Virus record (IMG/VR): IMGVR_UViG_641201006_000001
Location: 64,001 to 128,000 of that record
Length of the DNA stretch: 64,000 bases
Origin: a virus
Taxonomy: Duplodnaviria > Caudoviricetes
Reading direction: 5' to 3' (one strand)
Positions 20,701-29,896 of this stretch are shown piece by piece. The notes beneath the pieces were generated by a model. It was not told where the DNA came from. It did no database searches and saw nothing but the letters and a program-made list of their open reading frames with translations. How positions within the stretch are numbered: the stretch's first letter is position 1; each line of letters begins with the position of its first letter. The position numbers were made by a program, and so were the translations under genes.

Positions 20701-23700
20701 GGTTGGGCTGGCTTCTATCCAAACGGTACAATCATTGAGGTTGTTCGTGAAGGTACGAAGATTACAGCAAGAACATCGGCTGCGGGTAAAACAGAATTAG
20801 GCTACGAGTTAAAGATAGACCTAGACAGCTTACCTGAACTTGCGAAATTCAAGAAGCCTTGTCATATCGGCGTAGCATCTTTATCCCAGCAGGATTCAGC
20901 ACTCAAGATTCAAGAGTTCCGTGGGAATAAGACAGAAGTGTACACGATATATAACTTACGTGCATGGACGAACTACAAAGATAATGTAGGGAATCAAACA
21001 GAATGGATTGGATCTATTTCGAAAACGAAGCGCATGAAAGTAAAAGCATTTGAGCAATTACGATTCACTGGACGCATTCGTTCACCGAAGTATGAGATTC
21101 CGTGGCAGAAGTTAAATGAGAAATACTTCTTCGACCCAACGGGATATAAGGTTGTTGTGAACTGTAGCAATCCAAACGTGGATGTAACGCTAGAGTTTAA
21201 CATAACAGACTTCTTCCCGAAAGAATCAACGTACATTGACATTCCGATGATAGCGAAGATACTGAACCACACGCAAACTCCGTGGAATCCAAGTATCCAT
21301 CATGGCTATTACTATCTGAATCATAAGGAACATTTCTTATTCTCGAATCCGGAAGTGTTACCGAAAGAGACATCCAATAGTGGCGTCTATGTCTACAACT
21401 TCCCGTACAGCATTCGTCTTGTCGGACAGCGTGAGTATGCAGGAAAAGACATGGTGTACAGTGATGATACAATGGCACGATTCCAATTAGGGATAATGAA
21501 GGACACGAAGTATGATGTCGATAAGAAAGTACTAACGTTAGATACAGAACCGACTGGTACATTCATCTCTCGCATCTTTGACTTCCAATATGACCTTGAC
21601 ATGTTCCGTGCAGTTGACGTCAAGCTCAAGAAAGCATTAGCAGGTTCTAGCTATACACTTGAGGTTGGTATCCCTGATGAGAACGGTGATGTAGCGACAT
21701 GGGTAAAACAGAACGGTAATTTACCGGTAGAGTTTCGTGACAAGTTCAGCCGAGTTCGTTACAAGCTAACGCTAAACGAAGGACAAAGTAAAGAGCCTTA
21801 TGCTGCTACCTTCCCGTTAGATGCCTTAGCACTTGAGAAGGGTAAGAAGAAATACATCACTGTTGACGGTAAAACAATTTACATCGACGATCCAACATTC
21901 CGTGACGTTGGTACATTCTTAACAAGTCCAATGGAATACGGAAAGCAAATCGAAGAGATGGGTATTGTGGAACTGGATATGGAAATCCCTGACGGCGGAC
22001 GAGTAGAGTTATACTCTGTCACGGCTGATGAAGAAACGGCTGACTTTGAAAATCCATCAAGAGATATGCCGTGGATTCCGCTAGAACTGGTATCTCAAAA
22101 AGGCAAACGATTCACATACCGTGTGAAGTCGGCAATGAAGAGATACGTGGTACTTGTGGCGAAGCTATTCCGTGGACTGACTTATACCTCTCAAAACACT
22201 GTCACACTAAGTGCAGATACATACGTACCGCAGTGGGCTGATAATGTAACATGGGGCGTTAATGGTATGGAGTTAGTTGACGCAAGTAAACCGGGTACAT
22301 ATCAATCAAAGGCAACGAACTTAGGCTTCATCAAGTTCTACGATAAAGTTCAGCTAGAAACAACGATGAACAATGCGAACCATAAGATTGATATTTATAC
22401 GGTAACTGGTTGGACGGCAGAAGAGGTAGAAGAAGCTGCTAAAACAGAATCCAACTGGAAGAAGGTTGTAGATGGACAGATACAAAGTGACATTCGTTAC
22501 TGCATTATGTATCGTGTTGTTTTAACATCGGGTACAGGCACAACATCACCACAGCTACAGAAGATGACAATCACGCCACTGGTTGATACATACGTTTCAC
22601 CAAAGCTCGATAACATCGTAGCAAGTGCAACACTATTCAACTGGGTGAGAGATGTGCCGGAGATTACAAGCGTGAATGTATCGGGCTACATTGAAAAGGG
22701 TATCGTTGCAGAAGAATACTTCATGCCAATGACAGGAGAGTTAATTGCCAACGGTAGTGAACAAACAATCACGGCATTACCTACAGAACGTCTAGCATGG
22801 GAATGGGTACGTAGAGAAGGGATTCCAAACCCTGATGAACTCGTACTAAAAGACTTCTTCGCAGAGATTGACCCAGCTTATCCAGTAGACCTATACACAG
22901 ACATTGCTGGTACAGGATACGTAACAGGTAAGACGACGGCATCTGTTGGTGAGCTTGTGAAGAAGAAAGAGAAGTTATACTTCGACGAGAAGACACAAGC
23001 TATTGAAGTGAAACCAATCCCGCAAGCAGGTACACCAATCTTAATCACAAATGCACAAGGCACAAGACTTCGCCAAGTTCATTTCCGTGATAGTACGACT
23101 GGTAAACCAACGCTGACGAATATGGAAAACTTAAAAGCAGATGAGACACGTTACCTATTCTTAGAACATACAGGCATTGATCCACGCTCTGCTCATGTAT
23201 GGGTAATGATTGACGGGAAGTGGACAGAGATTCTAAACATCAAGGTTGTAGAGAATCGTATTGTGCTGCCTCACTTACTCATTCCGGGGTCGGATGTACG
23301 TGTAACATATAAACTGCTTGAGTCCTTTACCGTGGATTATAACTATAGTCCGAAGACGGATGTAGCGCAGATCAAACTGCATACTACATTTGATGTGAAT
23401 GAAAAGGAAAGTCGCTTACTGGATATTCAGTACGAAACGAATAAAGAGTCGGCGTACTATCAAGCGACAGAGGTAAATTTAAATCCGTTACATACAAAGA
23501 TTAGCTCCGGCTTCTTATACTTAACGGACGAGATTTACCCGCCTCATAAGTTAGACATCAAAGCAAATCCGACGACGCTATATCACGGTAAGAAGGATAG
23601 AGTAACCGTACATGGATATGTGAAAGATGAACACGGTAATCCAGTCGTTGGCGAACGAGTAGACTTCGATGTGAAGTACGGCTCACTAGAGATTATGAAT

Positions 23701-24159
23701 CCTTTATCAGATGTGAACGGAATGGTTATGGCAATCTACACTGCGCCAAACAATAACTCATTAACATCTGACACAATTGAGATGCATGTGGTCAGTCGTG
23801 ACACAACATATCATGTGACAAACAAAGTGACGATTAATCTTGTCAAAGAAACGTTCGAGGAGAAATTAGCCATTAAGCTAGAAAAACATATGGCAACTCC
23901 GGGAGATGTTGTACAATTGAAAGTGATAGCGATGGGTATCAACTACGAACGCCTGATGAATAAAGCTATTGAAGTAAGCTGTGACATTGGCTCTGTCAGT
24001 CCAGCGAAAGGTACAACCAACGCCGATGGCGAATTGTTCGTCAAATATACAGTTCCAAATACACAAGAGAAGTTCGCGACCATCACCGTGAAAGCAAAGC
24101 GTGAAGATGGACTGCAACTTATAGAACAAAACATACTAGGTATAAGTGGGGTGTCATAA
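17728..24159 (+). CDS. Giant (2143 aa) virion protein with lectin-like, four FN3 and C-terminal invasin-type Ig domains
   Basis: Tandem FN3 repeats (P.N....S...I.W.D....GF.....GL...T.Y...V.A.N..G.S), ConA-like N-terminus, C-terminal D.HGNPV.G..V.F / TNADG Ig domains. Confidence 0.75.
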   Translation: MATRNFNMTLQLDAKYIGERWWAGEEIHQLWNVENMNTLQRSEWGLDRNGWIQYRSQLDSYSIRYSAWDTILNDYYFETKMQPAGQGNYEIGLAFRMKDRYSFYYLTYNGGYADWGGKNIRLMKVIGTQHVKLAEYECPVFDTKTVYKVRVDLKGNNIKVTWDDQVIFNFNDPNPIPNGAFGPLVMGQEFAKWEGFQAKNVTKFILQERYNDLGVESNYNSPETGKLVDSKTVEDLMRKQLDTYLNGRVYERIIYDAFRLVSSEPRVKLVFDRVPNKNVTSDPTSRIYAYQDAPSVPPVAPINLLGKALSTSSIQLDWTHVDDSEDGFYILDENGETKGIVGVDTFQFIEEGLEENTSYKRKVVAFNVAGRSKESNTVIVKTLQSVPIAPSDFEGKPTGDGEITWTWKDHSFNEASFEIIEWDQYGNIQVIGTVGENVTVFVEKGLIPLQEYTRAVRAKNPAGVSPPSNKATVKTKKDVPPKPNKAPINFYGVGISDDTIVWSWEDENTVPIDGYELLDPDDNVIATIKGKITNFYESGLYAKMKYRRKIRAFNEGGVGPASLIAEAETLDYGSNFKDKPVAPFNLYIMEVGTDRCKLRWEYNDHPLMPAVGFNLYNELDQVVDTVPLEVRERNILHLNPDSVYYFYVTAYNKNGDSLPSNKVRVKTLKVYVDENENNEDDKTPSKPLDDPLGDLTYDQEKPGMEKIRAFQSGIGDRLDLAVRNVMHTGGVNMEEFDCAMYIKGLYQKEEPKFVDVQFKFRVTCNGIDVRNRTAYSKVSEWMGATVRGGEDGITFNTPTKMETPDYVTEKIYTIEVQDMKGNTIPMDGTEKGDVKVHWTLDPYEAKDKIGWVQEIYMRNVFNNWKKFSHKGVFQPANSLEMNAWRYKEDTDELICTQNTDTYVGAVSPDVYDDYYIKAQFRSNNWDDDAMAFVVAYTLDEYSREHTISAVRTHSSAITWSLVYNYSSTGQKTLASNIEVDKELVSNDNTKGGWAGFYPNGTIIEVVREGTKITARTSAAGKTELGYELKIDLDSLPELAKFKKPCHIGVASLSQQDSALKIQEFRGNKTEVYTIYNLRAWTNYKDNVGNQTEWIGSISKTKRMKVKAFEQLRFTGRIRSPKYEIPWQKLNEKYFFDPTGYKVVVNCSNPNVDVTLEFNITDFFPKESTYIDIPMIAKILNHTQTPWNPSIHHGYYYLNHKEHFLFSNPEVLPKETSNSGVYVYNFPYSIRLVGQREYAGKDMVYSDDTMARFQLGIMKDTKYDVDKKVLTLDTEPTGTFISRIFDFQYDLDMFRAVDVKLKKALAGSSYTLEVGIPDENGDVATWVKQNGNLPVEFRDKFSRVRYKLTLNEGQSKEPYAATFPLDALALEKGKKKYITVDGKTIYIDDPTFRDVGTFLTSPMEYGKQIEEMGIVELDMEIPDGGRVELYSVTADEETADFENPSRDMPWIPLELVSQKGKRFTYRVKSAMKRYVVLVAKLFRGLTYTSQNTVTLSADTYVPQWADNVTWGVNGMELVDASKPGTYQSKATNLGFIKFYDKVQLETTMNNANHKIDIYTVTGWTAEEVEEAAKTESNWKKVVDGQIQSDIRYCIMYRVVLTSGTGTTSPQLQKMTITPLVDTYVSPKLDNIVASATLFNWVRDVPEITSVNVSGYIEKGIVAEEYFMPMTGELIANGSEQTITALPTERLAWEWVRREGIPNPDELVLKDFFAEIDPAYPVDLYTDIAGTGYVTGKTTASVGELVKKKEKLYFDEKTQAIEVKPIPQAGTPILITNAQGTRLRQVHFRDSTTGKPTLTNMENLKADETRYLFLEHTGIDPRSAHVWVMIDGKWTEILNIKVVENRIVLPHLLIPGSDVRVTYKLLESFTVDYNYSPKTDVAQIKLHTTFDVNEKESRLLDIQYETNKESAYYQATEVNLNPLHTKISSGFLYLTDEIYPPHKLDIKANPTTLYHGKKDRVTVHGYVKDEHGNPVVGERVDFDVKYGSLEIMNPLSDVNGMVMAIYTAPNNNSLTSDTIEMHVVSRDTTYHVTNKVTINLVKETFEEKLAIKLEKHMATPGDVVQLKVIAMGINYERLMNKAIEVSCDIGSVSPAKGTTNADGELFVKYTVPNTQEKFATITVKAKREDGLQLIEQNILGISGVS

Positions 24160-27100
24160 TGTTCTTACCACCAAAAGCCCACACTAGAGAAATTGTAGAC
24201 GGTCAGTTCAAAGTTAGGCTAGGTAGCCGTGTCCCTAAGGATGCGGTTAACCTAGCTTATACTCATATACCGCCTGTTAAAGCGGATAACAACGTACTGA
24301 TTACGGACTTGTCGAATGCGATATTAGAAAACAATCGCAACACAACAGCCGTGGATGTCGTTACTTATCCCGACAGTTCTTTAGTGTTACAACTGGAAGA
24401 TGGACAAACGGAATTACCGACAGAAGATATTTACATTACAAACTTCTTCGAGAAAGGTGTTCCGTTATATTATGCGTACAAACTCGCATACAAACACTAC
24501 GATCAAAAAGGCCCTGATGAGTTTGGTGTATACCGACGAGATGGTATCTCCATCATTGACCAGCTAGGTAATCCAGTAACAGAACCGTATCAGATTCATT
24601 TAGTTGCAGACCCAAACAATGCCAATGTATATGATGTAATTATCTATACGTCATTTAAGGATGAGATAGGAAAGACTTATACCGTTATTTATAATGCTAT
24701 CTCATTTGAAAATAGCGGGCGGATGATAACGAAGGCAGGTCATCAAGAACCACTGAATGTACTGCGCTCCTTTAAACGAGTAAGTAACATCGGTGAGATT
24801 CTAAAGATGGTAAAAGAGGGCAGGGTTGAACCTGCTTACTATCAAGCAAACGGAAGCGTGCCGGGTACAAGTAAAATCTATGTACCATCACCGCATATCA
24901 AAGATACAAGAGAGTATCAGCGATTCCATTATCAGATTGGACTTGAGATTAAAACGGCGGAAGGTACGAAGGCCTATACAACTCCGTGGTATATTGACCA
25001 GGTAATCAATCCAATGTATCTCAACGGAGAAGAAGCCGAAGAGTATGAGAATGGCTATAAGCAATTAACAAAACTGACTGCCGAGGAAATGATGCATGAC
25101 TTTGTACCGAAGGAAGCATACGCAGACCGTAAGGCTTTGTTCCGATACTTTGTCAGAATTGACAACCCTAAGGTAGAAGAGTTCTTCCGTACCGATGGTT
25201 CATCTCCTATCTATGCTACAACGATGGTGGAAGATGAACGTAACGTACTCAAAGTTCCAGCGAGTGCGAAGAAGATTGATGTACCGGTAACCATCTCTAC
25301 GAATGTAGAATGTGTGGCTCGACCAACGAGAGCAAATCCACTAGACGCAGCTTATGTTACATTCGTCATGGATAACTCGGAGTCGATGATTACGAACGAC
25401 CCGAATAAAGCACTTCGCTTGCAGATCATGGACGGCTTAATTAAAAACTGTACCGACTTCTTTGCCCGCAACGGTATGAACGGTATGTTCTTTAATGATA
25501 AGGTGTGGCAATTCCAAAGCAACTGGAAGAAGGGTGATAAGGAGATTGTAGAAGCCTACTCGAAAACGATGAAGGACTTTGACATCACTAGACCACTCGT
25601 TGCTTTAGATAAGATGATTGCAGACTACAAGACGGTATCCAACAGCAATGGTTCGAATAAGAACTGGAAGATTGCTATCATGATTACCGATGGTCAGTTC
25701 TTTGAAAAGAAGACACTCGAAGATAAATTCATTGAAGCAAAGAAGAACAACATTATCCTAAACGTTATCTGCTTCAATAAGTATGATGAGATGAAGGCTC
25801 TATGTGATAAGTACGGAGGCATTTGCTTAAATGCAAAGTCACCACGTATCTTAATGGACATTCAGTATTTCTTCTTCAATATACTTGGCATCCATTCATC
25901 TACGCTGATTAAATCTATACCAGTTAAGATGAGTCCACTCGATAACGACAAACTGATTATCGAGGTGACAAAGGATACGTTCCAAGTTCCTGACTGGATA
26001 CGAAAGCTAGATGACCGTTACGGCATCGAGTTCCGTACGTCAAAGCCAATTGATACACTGAGCTTCTATATCATTCAAAAGGATACAGGAACGCCGTTAG
26101 GAAGTTATCAAGGTGCAACGTTAATCCCGATGAAGGATGTATTCAAAAATAAGACATACAAGGTGATGATGCATTCGATTGCGTGGGAACATTTCTATGC
26201 GAATAGTTATTCCTTGCAGTTCAATGATACACGCCGTATGTATATCGAGAAGCCCCGTCAACAGCTTGAAACACAAAGCTGGTACTTGCGTATTAAGAAC
26301 GGGCGCTTCGATAAACAGATACAGGATAAGTCACTAGGTAACCCAATTCATACATACGCTATTCCTGAATATTATCGTCAGAACTTTATCAAAGGTTCGA
26401 TGCCATATATGCAGGTACGAAATGAAAAGCCTGAGTTACTGAATACGAATAAGATACGAGTATCCTGCACACCACTTGTCGTTACATTCAACGGGGAATA
26501 TGCAACGAACATTTCCCTGCGGATCAATGGCAAACCAGTTCGAGTGATTAGCTGGGATGCATCTGACGGTATCATGACAATAGATGGTCACGTAACCGAC
26601 AATGACAATATGCTGATTGATTATCAATTCGAAGAGAGCTTCTATGAGTACCGTGGCTTCTACGATATTGAAACAGATAAGTTTTGGTCACTCGACCTAA
26701 ATCCAAGTAGCGGTCATTACATTACAATCCGTGACCCGGCTGATGGAGAAGTAAAAGACTTACCTAGCTTCAAGCTGATTGATAAAACAATCTACATCTA
26801 TGTGAAGCCAGCAGCCAAGATTACGAAGATGATAAACGGAGAGTTCCGATTACTAGAACCCGTTCGACCAAACACAATCTTCCATAGCTTTGAATTAATC
26901 GAAGGTACGGAAGCTATGTTACTCGGCGAAGTCAGAGTGCGACCTAGTTCGAATCAGCGTAGCATTCAGATTGTAGATACAAGGGTTCGAGGCGGAGGAC
27001 TTAAACCGGAAATCACAGAAGAGATCATGGGGATGTTCGAAAAAGAATCACACTTCTATTGGGACATTGGATACTGGGATGGTAAACCATTCCCTGAGAA

Positions 27101-27347
27101 TGCAGTCATCAATATCAAGATTGCGAAGAGTGTCCTAAAAGAGTACGGCGGTCACATGACCCGTGCCGAAGTAGAAGATAAACTTGAGAAGCATTTAGGA
27201 TACGGTGTATTCCCTATCATAGAGTTTATGGATGACCCTGATTCCTTACTACAGATTCCGGATGGTCTTGTGGTTGAAGTAATTGATATAGACGAACAAA
27301 CAACGGATATTGAGAAACCAACATTCCGTTTAGGATTGGAGGGGTAA
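24159..27347 (+). CDS. von Willebrand factor A domain-containing virion protein
   Basis: MIDAS motif FVMDNSESM (DxSxS) and downstream IMITDG. TAATG coupled to the giant gene. Confidence 0.75.
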   Translation: MFLPPKAHTREIVDGQFKVRLGSRVPKDAVNLAYTHIPPVKADNNVLITDLSNAILENNRNTTAVDVVTYPDSSLVLQLEDGQTELPTEDIYITNFFEKGVPLYYAYKLAYKHYDQKGPDEFGVYRRDGISIIDQLGNPVTEPYQIHLVADPNNANVYDVIIYTSFKDEIGKTYTVIYNAISFENSGRMITKAGHQEPLNVLRSFKRVSNIGEILKMVKEGRVEPAYYQANGSVPGTSKIYVPSPHIKDTREYQRFHYQIGLEIKTAEGTKAYTTPWYIDQVINPMYLNGEEAEEYENGYKQLTKLTAEEMMHDFVPKEAYADRKALFRYFVRIDNPKVEEFFRTDGSSPIYATTMVEDERNVLKVPASAKKIDVPVTISTNVECVARPTRANPLDAAYVTFVMDNSESMITNDPNKALRLQIMDGLIKNCTDFFARNGMNGMFFNDKVWQFQSNWKKGDKEIVEAYSKTMKDFDITRPLVALDKMIADYKTVSNSNGSNKNWKIAIMITDGQFFEKKTLEDKFIEAKKNNIILNVICFNKYDEMKALCDKYGGICLNAKSPRILMDIQYFFFNILGIHSSTLIKSIPVKMSPLDNDKLIIEVTKDTFQVPDWIRKLDDRYGIEFRTSKPIDTLSFYIIQKDTGTPLGSYQGATLIPMKDVFKNKTYKVMMHSIAWEHFYANSYSLQFNDTRRMYIEKPRQQLETQSWYLRIKNGRFDKQIQDKSLGNPIHTYAIPEYYRQNFIKGSMPYMQVRNEKPELLNTNKIRVSCTPLVVTFNGEYATNISLRINGKPVRVISWDASDGIMTIDGHVTDNDNMLIDYQFEESFYEYRGFYDIETDKFWSLDLNPSSGHYITIRDPADGEVKDLPSFKLIDKTIYIYVKPAAKITKMINGEFRLLEPVRPNTIFHSFELIEGTEAMLLGEVRVRPSSNQRSIQIVDTRVRGGGLKPEITEEIMGMFEKESHFYWDIGYWDGKPFPENAVINIKIAKSVLKEYGGHMTRAEVEDKLEKHLGYGVFPIIEFMDDPDSLLQIPDGLVVEVIDIDEQTTDIEKPTFRLGLEG

Positions 27348-27348
27348 C

Positions 27349-28614
27349 ATGGCACGTCGTGTACGATTATTTATAGATACAATTAATGCGGATAACGATG
27401 TGGTATTTGAAGTATACCGTGCAGAAGAAACCGGTGTAAGTGAGAAGTCCACACACGTTATGACAGTAGACGATGTGACAGCAAAGAAGGAGAGATACAA
27501 GGAGGTTACGGAAGTTTTACGCCGTGACCCCGATACTCCTTATGCATTCTTTGCACAACGTCACTTTGAGATACTACCGTTTCCAAGTGTAACCGTCGGT
27601 TCGAAAACCATTCGAATGAGTGATGTCGATGTATTCCCTGACGACAAGATGATTGAGATTCGTAATGAAGATTTCGGTCCCGGTGATGGCAAAACAGTTC
27701 GCATGTCCTATGAGTATTTAGCGATACCAGTATTCGATGATGGACGTATCGAAGTAGGGAAAGAATATATCGGGCCACCTGCTACGGGACTTAGAAAACC
27801 ACTAAGTTTACAAATCATGCAGGATCCGGCAACAAAGAAAATTAAGATTACCGTATCACCGGATGCAGCTACATCACACTACTTCTATAAGATATATGCG
27901 AAAGACAAATACGGAAACAAGTCACCGTGGTCTGATGAACATCATATCGCTTTAACACCGTCCCATGTATACTATCGTATTCAGCGTTCAAAGGACGGCA
28001 AGGATTGGGAAGAAGTAACGGTAACAGACTTGCAGGAATGGCTAGATGATTTACATGCATCTGACAATCCAATGAATGTAAAGAACATGCAAGCACTTCC
28101 GATTGCTTCTAAAATATCGAAGCTGACATTTGATAATCCGTGGTATGAAAATACGGACAAGCGTAACTCCTATCGTTACCGTGTCCGTGCAGAAGATAGC
28201 GACGGCATGGCAACAGACTGGGTATACATCGAACCAATCGAGATTAAGGTTGACCTAAGTAAACTTATCATTCGTCGTAAGCTAGACAATAAAGCACCGT
28301 CCTCATTCGATAAGACAGATGCGATTACCGTGTTTACGATTGAGAAGAAAGATGTAGATGTAACGCAGAAGACCATTACACTAGTCGATGACCAGTTAAC
28401 GGACACTTCTAAATATAGCTACACATTCTTTGCGATAGATGAACTAGGCATGATGGCTGACCCAGTATATGTTGTATCGGATAATAGAACATGGAAGAAC
28501 GTTATCCTGTTTGTGGGCGATACGGAAACAGATACAATCAAGGAAAAAGATTTCCACTTATCATTCGAACTGGCTGACCGCATCATAGAAATTGGGGAAG
28601 GAGATGGCGACTGA
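27349..28614 (+). CDS. FN3-like structural protein
   Basis: YRIQRSKDGKDW, YRYRVRA, YSYTFFAID. Paralogous to the next gene. Confidence 0.6.
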   Translation: MARRVRLFIDTINADNDVVFEVYRAEETGVSEKSTHVMTVDDVTAKKERYKEVTEVLRRDPDTPYAFFAQRHFEILPFPSVTVGSKTIRMSDVDVFPDDKMIEIRNEDFGPGDGKTVRMSYEYLAIPVFDDGRIEVGKEYIGPPATGLRKPLSLQIMQDPATKKIKITVSPDAATSHYFYKIYAKDKYGNKSPWSDEHHIALTPSHVYYRIQRSKDGKDWEEVTVTDLQEWLDDLHASDNPMNVKNMQALPIASKISKLTFDNPWYENTDKRNSYRYRVRAEDSDGMATDWVYIEPIEIKVDLSKLIIRRKLDNKAPSSFDKTDAITVFTIEKKDVDVTQKTITLVDDQLTDTSKYSYTFFAIDELGMMADPVYVVSDNRTWKNVILFVGDTETDTIKEKDFHLSFELADRIIEIGEGDGD

Positions 28615-29834
28615 TGGTAAAACGAGTAAGGCTTACATGGAATAGAAACTTAGACCCGGAAACGGATCACTATCGTATATTCCGAAAAGAAACGCCTGAC
28701 ATACTAGAACAGAATCGTATGGAATCTTTAGTCATGCGTGTCGCTCATCCAAAAGCGAAGAACCCCGTTCGCATGACCGGTGAGAGAGTCAAACGATTAT
28801 CTCCACGAACGTACCAGCTTGCGCATAAGAATATCTTACTGGCTTTAGACAAAGAGAAGTTCCCCTTTGAATTGCAAGTCGATGGTAAGATTTCTACACG
28901 CTATACACTGGATACGATTGACGGGAAGATTATGTTCGACGAAGATGTTGCGCCGGAATCAAAAGTCATTGCGACTGAATATACATTCGACGGCGTAGAA
29001 GCATGGGACTATGCTATCGAAGAAAAGAACAAAACGTATTATGGGCCGGACGCAAAAGATACTGCACCACCTAGCCCACCTACGAACCTTGAGCTTGTAA
29101 AAGATTTAGACAACAATAAGCTAACGATTAACTGGTCACCCTCTGTCACAAACGGCAAGACATTTTACTATCGTATAGATGCTGCGGCTAGTTCGAAGCG
29201 TGCTTCTATGCTAAGTGAAATGAAAGCAGCGAAGATTGCAGAAGGATTAACAGACCGACCATATATCGTTGAGCGTTCTGAGGATGGCGTACGCTGGCTG
29301 AAAGTAGCGAAGGTGAAGACAACATCATACAATGAATACATGGTTGATAGACAGGCTCCTGACATGGTTCGTAACTTCAAGAGTTCTGCATATCTACATG
29401 CGAACCAAAGTCTAGCGCAAGTGACACTAAACTGGGAGCGTGTAAGAGATACGGTATTATCTACGACAGCATTATACCGAGTGCGTGCGATGAATAAAAT
29501 GCAAGCTATCTCTGAACCAAGTAATATCATTGGCCCTGTTCCGTTCCAAGTGAAGCTAAAAGAAATTGTTATCCGTCGTAAAGTATTTGATGGTACACTT
29601 CCAACATTCGACGGAGCAGATGCCGTAACCGTTGCGAAGATTGGTGACCTAAGTGTTACGCAGTATGTAGAAGATGTAACCGACAATATCAAATATACAT
29701 ATGGTATTTGGACAGTCGATGCAGGTGAGAACGTATCACCAACAGCCTACACGACAATTGAAATCGGCGATGCAACTCCACCAGCGTTCCCAATGAATCT
29801 GACAGTTGAGCCATTCCAACTAATAGTAGGCTAA
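28614..29834 (+). CDS. FN3-containing structural protein
   Basis: DTAPPSPPTNL, YIVERSEDGVRW, DAGENVS. Paralogue of 27349-28614. Confidence 0.65.
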   Translation: MVKRVRLTWNRNLDPETDHYRIFRKETPDILEQNRMESLVMRVAHPKAKNPVRMTGERVKRLSPRTYQLAHKNILLALDKEKFPFELQVDGKISTRYTLDTIDGKIMFDEDVAPESKVIATEYTFDGVEAWDYAIEEKNKTYYGPDAKDTAPPSPPTNLELVKDLDNNKLTINWSPSVTNGKTFYYRIDAAASSKRASMLSEMKAAKIAEGLTDRPYIVERSEDGVRWLKVAKVKTTSYNEYMVDRQAPDMVRNFKSSAYLHANQSLAQVTLNWERVRDTVLSTTALYRVRAMNKMQAISEPSNIIGPVPFQVKLKEIVIRRKVFDGTLPTFDGADAVTVAKIGDLSVTQYVEDVTDNIKYTYGIWTVDAGENVSPTAYTTIEIGDATPPAFPMNLTVEPFQLIVG

Positions 29835-29848
29835 TGTATAATACAAAG

Positions 29849-29878
29849 TAGGGGCGATAACCTCGCCCTATTTTTCTT
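29849..29878 (+). terminator. Rho-independent terminator-like hairpin
   Basis: TAGGGGCGA-taacc-TCGCCCTA followed by TTTTTCTT. Confidence 0.6.
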
Positions 29879-29896
29879 ATAAAGAGGTGAAGCTTT